DNA of 64,000 nucleotides from Clostridia bacterium (GTDB lineage Bacteria; Bacillota; Clostridia; Oscillospirales; CAG-272): NCBI GenBank assembly GCA_017462385.1, contig JAFTRE010000023.1, positions 6,265 to 70,264 of the forward strand, read 5' to 3'. Shown piece by piece: positions 9,482 to 18,838 of this stretch (position 1 is its first letter; each line of letters starts with the position of its first letter). The notes under the pieces were generated by a model. It saw only the letters and a program-made list of their open reading frames with translations, ran no database searches and was not told where the DNA came from. The position numbers and the translations under genes were made by a program.

Positions 9482-9553
9482 ATGATCGTGCTTACCAACC
9501 GATTTTATTATTACCATCATTGCGGCCTTTCTGCCTATGCTGAGCTCGGCTGA
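9482..9553 (+). CDS. Attenuator leader peptide MIVLTNRFYYYHHCGLSAYAELG
   Basis: GGAGG RBS at 9469-73; consecutive Phe-Tyr-Tyr-Tyr codons at 9503-9514; directly upstream of the pheA/tyrA operon. Confidence 0.8.
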   Translation: MIVLTNRFYYYHHCGLSAYAELG

Positions 9554-9647
9554 CTTGATGGCTTTTGCCGTTTCGGCCGAACAAACAAAATAGCGTGAAA
9601 GCCGCACGAAAATCCTTTTTTGGAATTCGGAGCGGTATTTTTATTTT
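9514..9647 (+). promoter_or_regulatory. Transcription attenuator (protector, antiterminator, terminator)
   Basis: CCATCA 9514-19 pairs with TGATGG 9556-61; GGCTTTTGC 9560-68 pairs with GTGAAAGCC 9595-603; terminator GCCGC..GCGGT at 9601-36 plus T tract. Confidence 0.75.
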
Positions 9648-9677
9648 CATTGTAAAAAGATCAGGAGAGCATCCCAA

Positions 9678-10799
9678 ATGAATTTACTTGAGCAGGCGCG
9701 CGTCGAGATCGACCGTATTGATAATGAGATGGCAAGGCTTTTCGAGCAACGCATGAAGGCGGCGGAGCTTGTCGCCGAGCACAAAAAAATACACTGTCTT
9801 CCCATCGAGGACAAAGCGCGTGAGAACGCTATGATAAAGCGTAATGCGGAGGGCGTGGAATTTGCATACCGCCCATATTATGAACAGTTCTTGACGAGCC
9901 TGATAACCGAGTCCAAAAAATATCAGAAATGCTTGCTTGAGGGTATGACCATTGCCTATAGCGGCGTGGAGGGCGCGTTTGCCCATCTTGCCGCTCGGCG
10001 CATATTCAAGGCGGGAACCACTGTTGCGTGCCAAAACTTCGAGGAGGCTTACCGCGCCGTGGAGCAGGGGAGATGCGATTGCGCGGTATTGCCCATTGAG
10101 AACAGCTACGCGGGAGACGTTGATACCGTTATGGATCTCGCATATCGCGGAACGCTGTCCATATCGGGAATTTACGATATGCCGCTCAGCCAAAGCTTGC
10201 TTGGTAAGCCGGGCGTAGCGATAAGTGAAATAAAAGAGGTTTGCAGTCATCCGCAGGCGCTGTCGCAGTGCATGCCCTATTTGCAAAGCCATGGCTGGCA
10301 GCTGACCCAAGCTGTCAATACAGCAATGGCGGCTCAAGCGGTGGCGCAGGGCGAGCGACGCGATATTGCTGTCGTAGCGGCGCGCGAGGCGGCTGAAATA
10401 TACGGACTCGAGGTGCTTGAGGGCGACATAAACGAAAACAAAAACAACACCACCCGTTTTGCGGTGTTCACTCGTACTCCCTGCGAGGTAGCCCCAGCTG
10501 ATAAGCATTTTGTGCTTATGTTCACCATTAAAAACGAGCCCGGTTCGCTCGGACGAGCCATTGCGGCTATAAGCGAGGGCGGCTTTAACCTCAAATGCCT
10601 GAAGAGCCATCCCACGGGAAATGAAAATTGGTCATATTATTTCTATTCCGAGGGTGAGGGCAATCTCGGCTCGCCCGAGGGTAAGGCAATGCTTGCCGAT
10701 CTCGGTCATGTATGTGAGCAGGTAAAGCTGCTGGGTAGCTTTGCGAGTGAGCGAGTGCTGGAATGCAGCGGCAAAATAGGAAAGGGTGCAAACAAATGA
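9678..10799 (+). CDS. pheA: Chorismate mutase / prephenate dehydratase (P-protein, with ACT domain)
   Basis: AroQ-type CM N-terminus (RVEIDRID); PDT motifs LPIENS, SHPQALSQC, NTTRF; C-terminal ACT domain. Confidence 0.93.
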   Translation: MNLLEQARVEIDRIDNEMARLFEQRMKAAELVAEHKKIHCLPIEDKARENAMIKRNAEGVEFAYRPYYEQFLTSLITESKKYQKCLLEGMTIAYSGVEGAFAHLAARRIFKAGTTVACQNFEEAYRAVEQGRCDCAVLPIENSYAGDVDTVMDLAYRGTLSISGIYDMPLSQSLLGKPGVAISEIKEVCSHPQALSQCMPYLQSHGWQLTQAVNTAMAAQAVAQGERRDIAVVAAREAAEIYGLEVLEGDINENKNNTTRFAVFTRTPCEVAPADKHFVLMFTIKNEPGSLGRAIAAISEGGFNLKCLKSHPTGNENWSYYFYSEGEGNLGSPEGKAMLADLGHVCEQVKLLGSFASERVLECSGKIGKGANK

Positions 10800-11821
10800 G
10801 CGTTTTACACATGCAGCTCGGCGAGCATAGCTATGATATTACCGTAGAGCGAGGAGCGCTTGCCCGCGCGGGCGAGCTTATGAGGCTCGACCGCCGAGTG
10901 CTCATACTTACCGACGACGGCGTGCCCGCACAGTATGCACAGGCGGTCGCCGACGCTTGCCGCGAGCCGCACATTGTCAGACTTGAGCAGGGCGAGGCCA
11001 ACAAATGCATTGAAAAATATACCGAAATACTTCGCACTATGGTCGAAGCGGGCTTTGACAGAGGTGACTGCGTGGTCGCTGTCGGCGGCGGAGTTATGGG
11101 AGACCTTGGAGGCTTCGTGGCGGCAACTTATATGAGAGGCGTTGATTTTTACAACGTACCCACCACATTGCTCTCGCAGATAGATTCCTCTATCGGCGGC
11201 AAGGTCGCGGTTGATTTCGCGGGCTACAAAAATATCGTCGGCGCATTTTATCAGCCTCGCGCGGTCGTCATCGACCCCGAAGTGCTGAGCACGCTCGATC
11301 CGCGTCAGTTTGCCTGCGGTATGGCAGAGGCGATAAAAATGTTTGCCACGTTTGATGCAGATGCGTTCGAGACGGTAGAGCGCGAGGGCAAAAATGTCGA
11401 TGTGGACAGCGTCATAATTCGGGCGCTGGAGATAAAGAGAGATGTCGTCGAGCAGGACGAAAAGGAAAAGGGACTGCGTCGCGTGCTCAATTTCGGACAC
11501 ACGGTGGGTCACGCCGTCGAGAGCCTCGGCGAGCAAAGTGACAGCCCGCTGTTGCACGGCGAATGTGTGTCGGTAGGAATGCTGTGCATGTGCGAGGGGG
11601 CGGTCAGAGAACGGATCGCCAAAACGGTAGCGCATTTCGATCTTCCCACAACATGGCGAGGCAAAAAAGATGACGTTATCGCCGCCATGACACATGATAA
11701 AAAAGCAAGCGGCGACCGCATAACGGTCATCAAGGTACAAAAGCTCGGCAGCTTTACCGAGCAAAAAATGACGCCGACGGAAATCGCCGAACAAAGCAGA
11801 GAGGTAATAACACTCATATGA
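10796..11821 (+). CDS. aroB: 3-dehydroquinate synthase
   Basis: Motifs GGGVMGDLGGF, PTTLLSQIDSSIGGK, LNFGHTVGHA, HGE; ATGA overlap with pheA. Confidence 0.96.
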   Translation: MSVLHMQLGEHSYDITVERGALARAGELMRLDRRVLILTDDGVPAQYAQAVADACREPHIVRLEQGEANKCIEKYTEILRTMVEAGFDRGDCVVAVGGGVMGDLGGFVAATYMRGVDFYNVPTTLLSQIDSSIGGKVAVDFAGYKNIVGAFYQPRAVVIDPEVLSTLDPRQFACGMAEAIKMFATFDADAFETVEREGKNVDVDSVIIRALEIKRDVVEQDEKEKGLRRVLNFGHTVGHAVESLGEQSDSPLLHGECVSVGMLCMCEGAVRERIAKTVAHFDLPTTWRGKKDDVIAAMTHDKKASGDRITVIKVQKLGSFTEQKMTPTEIAEQSREVITLI

Positions 11822-12906
11822 AAAATATACTTGGAAACGCGCTCACAGTAACGCTTTTCGGCGAGAGCCACGGTGTAGCAATAGGCGCCGTGATCGACGG
11901 TATCGCACCCGGTGTCGAGGTTGACAGGGAATATATTGCGGCTAAGCTTTCACTTCGCCGTCCGTCGGGTAAAATATCCACAGCGCGACGCGAGATGGAC
12001 GAATATATTATCGAAAGCGGAGTATATGACGGCAAAACGACGGGTACTCCCATATGCATTCTGATACCAAATGCCGATACACACAGCAAAGACTATTCGG
12101 CACTTGCGGGAAAGGCACGTCCCGGTCACAGCGACTACCCAGCATATTGCAAGTATCACGGCTTTGAGGATGCTCGTGGCGGAGGACACTTCAGCGGACG
12201 CATTACCGCGCCGATCGTGGCCGCGGGAGCGCTGATTCAAGCCGCCTTGAAGCGCAAGGGAATATATATAGGCACACATATCAGCCGTCTGGCGGGTATC
12301 GAGGATGCAAAAATGTGTCCCGAGAGGGATGTCTCGGCGCTTGAAATGGTCGAATTTCCCGTGCTTGACAGCGAGGCGGGCGAGCGAATGCACGCCGCAA
12401 TACTTGAGGCGCGCGAGGACCTCGACAGCGTGGGCGGCGTACTTGAAACGGCGGTCGTCGGTATGCCCGCAGGCGTCGGCGAGCCGTGGTTTGATACGGT
12501 CGAGAGCGTGCTGTCACATGCGTTGTTTTCCATTCCCGCCGTCAAGGGCGTTGAGTTTGGTGACGGCTTCGCGCTTGCCGATATGAAGGGCAGTCAGGCA
12601 AACGATCCCTACCGTGTCGAGAACGGTAAAATAGTAACGACTACCAATCATATGGGCGGTATCGGCGGCGGTATTACAAACGGCATGCCCATCGTGTTCC
12701 GTTGCGCCTTAAAGCCCACCCCCTCCATTGCAAAAACACAGCAGACCGTGGATTTCGTCAAGGGTGAGAACACGGACATGACCATAAACGGACGGCATGA
12801 CCCCTGCATCGTTCACCGCGCCCGCGCCGTAGTCGACGCGATCGCCGCGCTGACGCTTGCAGACCTGCTTACCGTGCGTTACGGTACGGATTGGCTGGCG
12901 CAGTAA
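11818..12906 (+). CDS. aroC: Chorismate synthase
   Basis: Motifs GESHG, RPGHSD, RGGGHFSGR, GGITNG, GRHDPC. Confidence 0.97.
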   Translation: MKNILGNALTVTLFGESHGVAIGAVIDGIAPGVEVDREYIAAKLSLRRPSGKISTARREMDEYIIESGVYDGKTTGTPICILIPNADTHSKDYSALAGKARPGHSDYPAYCKYHGFEDARGGGHFSGRITAPIVAAGALIQAALKRKGIYIGTHISRLAGIEDAKMCPERDVSALEMVEFPVLDSEAGERMHAAILEAREDLDSVGGVLETAVVGMPAGVGEPWFDTVESVLSHALFSIPAVKGVEFGDGFALADMKGSQANDPYRVENGKIVTTTNHMGGIGGGITNGMPIVFRCALKPTPSIAKTQQTVDFVKGENTDMTINGRHDPCIVHRARAVVDAIAALTLADLLTVRYGTDWLAQ

Positions 12907-12916
12907 GGAGACATAA

Positions 12917-14161
12917 ATGCAGTACGGTTTGATAGGCGAAAAGCTGGGTCATAGCTTTTCCGCCGATATACACGCGCGGCTCGGTGATTATGACTACCGC
13001 TTAGTAGAGCTTTCGCGCGACGAGCTTGGCGATTTCATGACAAAAAAGGATTTCGCCGCCATAAATGTGACCATTCCATATAAGCAGGATGTTATCCCTT
13101 ATCTTGACGAGCTGGACAGTACCGCCGCCGAGATCGGCGCGGTCAATACCATCGTCAACAGAGGCGGACGCCTGACGGGCTACAATACCGATTTTTACGG
13201 TATGAGCGAGCTTATCAAGCGCGAAAATATCGCGATCGAGGGCAAAAACGTCGCCATTCTCGGAACGGGCGGCACGTCAAAAACCGCCGCCGCTGTGGTG
13301 CGCTCGCTCGGAGCGGCGAGTATAGTTAAGGTTTCGAGGACCCCAAAAGAGGGCGAGATCCCGTATGAAGAGCTTTATGCCCGCGCGGACAGCATAGGCG
13401 TCATCATAAACACTACGCCCGTCGGCATGTACCCCCGCGACGGAGGCATACCGATACAAGTCGACAAATTCAAAAATCTCGGCGGCGTTATCGACGCGGT
13501 CTATAACCCGCTGTCTACCAACCTTGTGCTGGCGGCACGCGAGCGCGGTATCCCCGCGCGAGGAGGACTTTATATGCTGGTCGCTCAGGCGGCACGTGCG
13601 GCGGAGCTTTTCTTTGACGACAGCGGCATGATGGCAAAGACCGAGCCCATTTTCCGTGAGCTTGAGGGCAAAAAGCTCAATATAGTGCTCGTCGGTATGC
13701 CGGGTAGCGGCAAAACAACGGTCGGACATCGCCTCGCCGAGCTGACAGGCAGAAATGTTATAGACAGCGACGACGAAATCGTGGCGGCGACGGGAATGCC
13801 CATCCCCGAGTATTTTACGAAGTACGGCGAGGGCGAGTTCCGCAACCGTGAGAGCGAGGTCATCGAAATTCTGGCACAGAAAAACGGTACTGTAATAGCA
13901 ACGGGCGGCGGCGCGGTATTGCGGGAGCAAAACGTAAACGCGCTGCGGCGCAACGGAGTTGTTGTTTTTCTTGACAGAAGCGTTGAAAACATCGTCCCGA
14001 CTGCGGACAGACCGCTCAGCCGCGACCGGGAGGCGCTCCAGACGCGTTACCGCGAGCGATATCCGATATATTGCAAGGCGGCTGACATACATCTTGATGC
14101 TAACGGAAGCGTTGATGAGGTCGCAGATCGGGTGATCGCGGCGCTACACGCAATAAAATAA
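12917..14161 (+). CDS. aroE: Bifunctional shikimate dehydrogenase - shikimate kinase (AroE-AroK fusion)
   Basis: N-terminal HSFS, NVTIPYK, GAVNT, NTD, MLVAQA; C-terminal P-loop GMPGSGKTT, GEGEFR, ATGGG, RPL. Confidence 0.93.
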   Translation: MQYGLIGEKLGHSFSADIHARLGDYDYRLVELSRDELGDFMTKKDFAAINVTIPYKQDVIPYLDELDSTAAEIGAVNTIVNRGGRLTGYNTDFYGMSELIKRENIAIEGKNVAILGTGGTSKTAAAVVRSLGAASIVKVSRTPKEGEIPYEELYARADSIGVIINTTPVGMYPRDGGIPIQVDKFKNLGGVIDAVYNPLSTNLVLAARERGIPARGGLYMLVAQAARAAELFFDDSGMMAKTEPIFRELEGKKLNIVLVGMPGSGKTTVGHRLAELTGRNVIDSDDEIVAATGMPIPEYFTKYGEGEFRNRESEVIEILAQKNGTVIATGGGAVLREQNVNALRRNGVVVFLDRSVENIVPTADRPLSRDREALQTRYRERYPIYCKAADIHLDANGSVDEVADRVIAALHAIK

Positions 14162-14172
14162 AGAGGTAAGGT

Positions 14173-14610
14173 ATGAAAATTCTCGTAATAAACGGTCCGA
14201 ATATAAATATGCTCGGTATCCGCGAGCCGGACATTTACGGCAAAGAGACCTTCGCGGATGTTATCGAAAAAATAAAAAAGCACGCCGAGCAGCGCGGCGT
14301 TGAGGTGGGATTTTTTCAGTCCAACCACGAGGGCGCGCTGGTCGATGAGATACAGGCGGCATATCAGGTCTATGACGGCATCGTCATAAACCCCGGTGCC
14401 TATACACACACAAGCATTGCCATTGCCGACGCTATCAGCGCAGTTGCCATTCCCACGGTAGAGATACATATCTCCGATGTTGATAAGCGCGAGGCGTTCC
14501 GCCATATCAGCTATATTCGCCCGCTTTGTGTCGGCTGTATCAAGGGACACGGAACTGACGGTTATCTTGAGGCGATAGACCTGCTGATGGCGCGCGGAGA
14601 GTCGAAATGA
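14173..14610 (+). CDS. aroQ: Type II 3-dehydroquinate dehydratase
   Basis: Motifs NGPNINMLGIREPDIYG, QSNHEG, NPGAYTHTS. Confidence 0.96.
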   Translation: MKILVINGPNINMLGIREPDIYGKETFADVIEKIKKHAEQRGVEVGFFQSNHEGALVDEIQAAYQVYDGIVINPGAYTHTSIAIADAISAVAIPTVEIHISDVDKREAFRHISYIRPLCVGCIKGHGTDGYLEAIDLLMARGESK

Positions 14611-15824
14611 GGGCGATCATAAAGCCGAGCACAGCTTGCGGACGGGTATATATTCCGCAGTCCAAAAGTGTGGCGCATCGACTTCTCATAAACGCCGCCA
14701 TGTGTGACGGTGTTTCCACCATTCGTCACCTGCCCACCAATGAGGATATTTCGGCAACGGTAGACTGTCTTCGCGCTCTCGGCGCCGACATTAAATTAAC
14801 CGAGTCGGGCGATTGCACCGTTTGCGGTATCAAGAAGGGGCAGAGCAGTAACGGTGTAAGACAGCTCGCCTGCCGCGAGAGCGGGAGTACACTGCGCTTC
14901 CTCATTCCCATCGCGCTTCTTGACGGAATCAAAACCGAATTTGTCGGCTCACGCCGACTGTTCGAGCGTCCGCTTGCCATTTATCGCGATATATGCGCGG
15001 ACAACGGATTTTTGTGGGAGCAGAGCGATACGGGAGTTACCGTCTGCGGAAGACTTTGCGCGGGCGAATACAGCGTCCCCGGAAATATAAGCAGTCAGTT
15101 TATCACAGGGCTTTTGCTCGCATTGGCGGGGCTTGACGGCGACAGCAAAATACTGCTGACCACCGAGCCGGAAAGCAATTCCTATATAGATATCACTATT
15201 GATTCGCTCGCCGCTTTCGGCGTCACAGTCGAGAGACGGGGCGAGCGTGAGTTGTTTATCGCCGGCGGACAAAAACGCCGCGCGGCGCAAGAGCTTGCGG
15301 TTGAGGGCGACGAGTCGGGCGCGGCGTTCTTCGGAGCGCTTAACACGCTGGGCGGCGAGGTCACGCTCGATGGACTCAACGAAAAAACGCTTCAGGGCGA
15401 CCGCGTATGGCGCGAGATGCTGAATGAGATACAAAAGGGAACGCCCACACTGTCCATTAAGGATTGTCCCGATCTCGGGCCCATACTTATGGCGGCGGCA
15501 GCAGCCTGCCACGGCGCGACGCTGACCGATACCTACCGCCTCAAAATAAAGGAAAGTGACCGCGGCGCGGCAATGGCGGCGGAGCTCGCAAAATGCGGCG
15601 TGACGCTGAAACTTGCGGACAACAGCATCACGGTCTGTGGCGGCGGTCTGCACGCGCCCGACGGGATCATCGACGGGCATAACGACCACCGTATCGTCAT
15701 GTCAATGGCGGTGCTTCTGACCCGAGTTGGCGGCGAGATAGAGGGGGCCGAGGCGGTGCGCAAGAGCATGCCGACATTCTGGGATCTGATGCACGCTCTC
15801 GGAGCAGATATCAAAACAGTATAA
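14607..15824 (+). CDS. aroA: EPSP synthase
   Basis: Motifs SKSVAHR, ESGSTLRF, SSQFITG, KESDR, DHRIVM. Confidence 0.95.
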   Translation: MRAIIKPSTACGRVYIPQSKSVAHRLLINAAMCDGVSTIRHLPTNEDISATVDCLRALGADIKLTESGDCTVCGIKKGQSSNGVRQLACRESGSTLRFLIPIALLDGIKTEFVGSRRLFERPLAIYRDICADNGFLWEQSDTGVTVCGRLCAGEYSVPGNISSQFITGLLLALAGLDGDSKILLTTEPESNSYIDITIDSLAAFGVTVERRGERELFIAGGQKRRAAQELAVEGDESGAAFFGALNTLGGEVTLDGLNEKTLQGDRVWREMLNEIQKGTPTLSIKDCPDLGPILMAAAAACHGATLTDTYRLKIKESDRGAAMAAELAKCGVTLKLADNSITVCGGGLHAPDGIIDGHNDHRIVMSMAVLLTRVGGEIEGAEAVRKSMPTFWDLMHALGADIKTV

Positions 15825-15852
15825 AACCACAACGAAAGAAGGCACAAATAAA

Positions 15853-16719
15853 ATGGAAAAAATATGTCCGAGCTCGAAAATACTTATAGTCGGACTTGGC
15901 CTCATGGGCGGCAGCTATGCCAAGGCACTGTCGCTCAAGGGCTACAAGGTCAGGGCGATAGCCCGCCGCCAAGAGAGCATCGACTACGCCGTGGATGGCG
16001 GATTTATCGAGTGCGGCTGGACAGAGGTGTGTGACGAGGCGCTCGATTGGGCGGAGTTTATCGTTTTTGCACTTTATCCTCAAGCATTCATAGATTGGAT
16101 CGCTAAGTACGGCGACCGACTGCACGCCGGCACGCTTATTACCGACGTGACGGGCGTCAAGAGCTGTATCGTCAAGAAGGTGCAGGATATGTTGCCCGAG
16201 AGTGTTGAGTTCATCGCGGCGCATCCCATGGCGGGACGCGAGCGCAGCGGCGTTGAGTATAGTGACGAAAAAGTTTTCTCGGGCGCGAACTATATCGTGG
16301 TTCCGACCGAGCGCAATACTCCGCATGCTATAGAGCTGTGTAAACAGCTCGGCGAGGAGCTGGGCTTTTACCGCGTCAGCGTGCTTGACTGCGAGTCGCA
16401 CGATAAAATGATAGCGTTTCTTTCCCAGCTTACACACTGCATCGCAGTCGCGCTCATGTGCTCCAACGATACCCCCGGCTTCGAGGCATATACCGGCGAC
16501 TCCTTCCGCGACCTGACCCGTATCGCCCGCATCAATGACGAGATGTGGAGCGAGCTGTTTCTGCTCAATAAGGACGCACTGCTCGCCGAAATGGACAACT
16601 TCATTGACCACTTCAAGGCGTTGCGTCAAACGCTTGCCAACGAGGATCGTGATGCCATGCGAGCCATGATGAGACTGTCGGGCGAGCGCCGCGAAAAGTT
16701 TGACAAGCCCAAGGCTTAA
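15853..16719 (+). CDS. tyrA: Prephenate dehydrogenase
   Basis: Motifs GLGLMGGS, TDVTGVK, HPMAGRE, HD...SQLTH, SFRDLTRIA. Confidence 0.94.
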   Translation: MEKICPSSKILIVGLGLMGGSYAKALSLKGYKVRAIARRQESIDYAVDGGFIECGWTEVCDEALDWAEFIVFALYPQAFIDWIAKYGDRLHAGTLITDVTGVKSCIVKKVQDMLPESVEFIAAHPMAGRERSGVEYSDEKVFSGANYIVVPTERNTPHAIELCKQLGEELGFYRVSVLDCESHDKMIAFLSQLTHCIAVALMCSNDTPGFEAYTGDSFRDLTRIARINDEMWSELFLLNKDALLAEMDNFIDHFKALRQTLANEDRDAMRAMMRLSGERREKFDKPKA

Positions 16720-16789
16720 AAATAAAAAATAAAAATATACAAAAAAGTCGGGGATGAAAAATCCCTCGACACGAAAGGAAGTAAACACC

Positions 16790-17818
16790 ATGAACATGAA
16801 TTTCCATTGCAAGCTGCCCATTCCTCAGGATATAAAGGCAGAGTACCCCGTAACTCCCGAGATGGCAGCCGTCAAGGCCGAGAGAGACGCGCAGATCAAG
16901 GCCGTTTTTGAGGGCAAGGATGACAGATTTATTCTCGTTATCGGTCCCTGCTCGGCAGACCGTCCCGAGTCCGTGCTTGAATATATAGGCAAGCTCAAGG
17001 ATATTTCCGGAAAGGTTGCCGATAAGATCATAATCATTCCTCGTATCTACACCAATAAGCCCCGCACCACGGGCGACGGCTACAAGGGAATGCTTCACCA
17101 GCCCGACCCCAATGCCACCCCCGATATGCTCAAGGGCATTATTTCCATCCGTCAGCTGCACATGACGGCACTGAAGGATTACGGCATGTCCTGCGCCGAT
17201 GAGATGCTGTACCCCGATAACCACCGTTACCTGTCCGACCTGCTGTCCTATGTTGCAGTCGGCGCACGCTCCACCGAGAACCAGCAGCACCGCCTGACTG
17301 CCAGCGGACTTGATGTTCCCGTCGGACTCAAGAACCCCACGGGCGGCGATTTGAGTGTCATGATGAACGCCATCACTGCGGCACAGCATTCGCACACCTT
17401 TATCTACCGCGGCTGGGAGGTCGAGAGCACGGGCAACCTGCTCGCTCACGCTATCCTTCGTGGCTACCAGACTGCCGACGGTAAGTCCGTTTCCAACTAC
17501 TACTATGAGGATCTTGTCCGTCTGAACGAGCTTTATGTAAAGTCGGGTCTGGCAAATCCTGCGGTAATCGTGGATACCAACCATGCAAACTCGGGCAAGA
17601 AGTACGCCGAGCAGCCCCGCATCGCGCTGGACGTTGTTCACAGCATGCGTCATAACAGCGATATTCGCAAGCTGTGCAAGGGTCTCATGATAGAGAGCTA
17701 CCTTGTTGACGGCGCGCAGAAGACCGACGGCTGCACCTACGGTCAGTCCATCACCGACCCCTGTCTCGGCTGGGAAAAGACCGAGAGACTTATTCTCGAC
17801 CTGGCTGATAAGCTGTAA
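16790..17818 (+). CDS. DAHP synthase, class I-alpha (AroG/F/H type)
   Basis: Motifs IGPCS, KPRTT, GARSTE, KNPTGG, ILRG, DTNHANS, GLMIES, GQSITDPCLGW. Confidence 0.95.
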   Translation: MNMNFHCKLPIPQDIKAEYPVTPEMAAVKAERDAQIKAVFEGKDDRFILVIGPCSADRPESVLEYIGKLKDISGKVADKIIIIPRIYTNKPRTTGDGYKGMLHQPDPNATPDMLKGIISIRQLHMTALKDYGMSCADEMLYPDNHRYLSDLLSYVAVGARSTENQQHRLTASGLDVPVGLKNPTGGDLSVMMNAITAAQHSHTFIYRGWEVESTGNLLAHAILRGYQTADGKSVSNYYYEDLVRLNELYVKSGLANPAVIVDTNHANSGKKYAEQPRIALDVVHSMRHNSDIRKLCKGLMIESYLVDGAQKTDGCTYGQSITDPCLGWEKTERLILDLADKL

Positions 17819-17821
17819 TAA

Positions 17822-17861
17822 AAAATCAAGGGCGCGCTCAACGAGCGCGCTCTTGATTTTT
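17822..17861. terminator. Bidirectional terminator ending the aromatic operon
   Basis: AAAATCAAGGGCGCGCTC-AAC-GAGCGCGCTCTTGATTTT. Confidence 0.8.
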
Positions 17862-17873
17862 AGTTGGTATGCT

Positions 17874-18725
17874 TCAGTCATGTATCATAACATCAAACGG
17901 AACCTTTTTCTCGTAGCCGTGCCATGCCACGGCGAGTCCGCGCTCGGGATTGAACGTCAGCATCTGACCTCTCATGCCGCCCTTGCCGTACCAGCCGTTG
18001 CCCTTGTCCTTGAATTCGTAGCCGTTTTTGAGCACGATGTCAACCCAATCCTTTGAAATGACACGCGTGCCTTGCCATTCGCCGCCGTTGAGGTACAGAA
18101 TGCCCAGCTTGACGACGTCCTCGGTGCGCAGATAAAGTCCCGTCGCGCCCATGCTGTATCCCTCGGGGCAGACACTCCAGGCGAACTCTTTAAAATTCAT
18201 GGTTTTCATGAGGATGGGTCGCAAAAGCTCCGCGATATCCATGCCCGCAAGGCGCTCTACCACACGGGACAGCACGTAATACGCCGCGTCGGTGTACTGA
18301 TGCACGGTGCCCGGCTTGTGGGGAAGCGGGGCGGATAATACCACCTTCAGATAATCGGTCGAGCCGAATTTTGTGGCATCCTCAGCGTCGATGTCCAGCA
18401 TACCGTGGTCAAATCCGACGTAGTGAAGCATGAGGTTGTGAAGCGTGACCTCTCGCCAATTAGTGTCCATATTCTCGGGCAGCTTGTCGGACAGCACGTC
18501 AACGACGTGTGTCTCGGGCGTGAGCAGTCCTTTGTCGTAAAGCATACCGATAGCGGTGACCGTGAAGGCTTTTGCTATCGAGTAGCAGTTACAGCAGGGA
18601 TTGGCGGGGACGGCACGCTGGAGTCGGATGTTGTAGTCGCGGTCGCCCTCGGCGATAAAATATACATTGAGTCCCGCACTGCGCGCGCGGGCATCGTAGT
18701 CGATGGTGGTAAGAGCCATGGTCAT
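17874..18725 (-). CDS. Serine hydrolase, beta-lactamase/AmpC-like family
   Basis: YSIAK (SxxK), PGTVHQY, GATGLYL, KLGILYLNGGEW; no signal peptide. Confidence 0.85.
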   Translation of the reverse strand: MTMALTTIDYDARARSAGLNVYFIAEGDRDYNIRLQRAVPANPCCNCYSIAKAFTVTAIGMLYDKGLLTPETHVVDVLSDKLPENMDTNWREVTLHNLMLHYVGFDHGMLDIDAEDATKFGSTDYLKVVLSAPLPHKPGTVHQYTDAAYYVLSRVVERLAGMDIAELLRPILMKTMNFKEFAWSVCPEGYSMGATGLYLRTEDVVKLGILYLNGGEWQGTRVISKDWVDIVLKNGYEFKDKGNGWYGKGGMRGQMLTFNPERGLAVAWHGYEKKVPFDVMIHD

Positions 18726-18838
18726 GTCCTCCGTGGAGATTTTTTATTATTTTAGCATGATTTCAGAGCGAAGTCAAGAGCAGTTATTTTTGCGCGTATT
18801 GGTGCATATGATTAAAAAAATACACATTGGAGATCATC

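Noticed and set aside
9450-9677. T-box riboswitch upstream of the aromatic operon
   Set aside because: No GGTGGNACC T-box bulge or stem I motifs are visible; a leader-peptide attenuator explains the region.
17874-18725. Antibiotic-resistance beta-lactamase
   Set aside because: No signal peptide; it looks like a generic cytoplasmic serine hydrolase, so resistance is unsupported.
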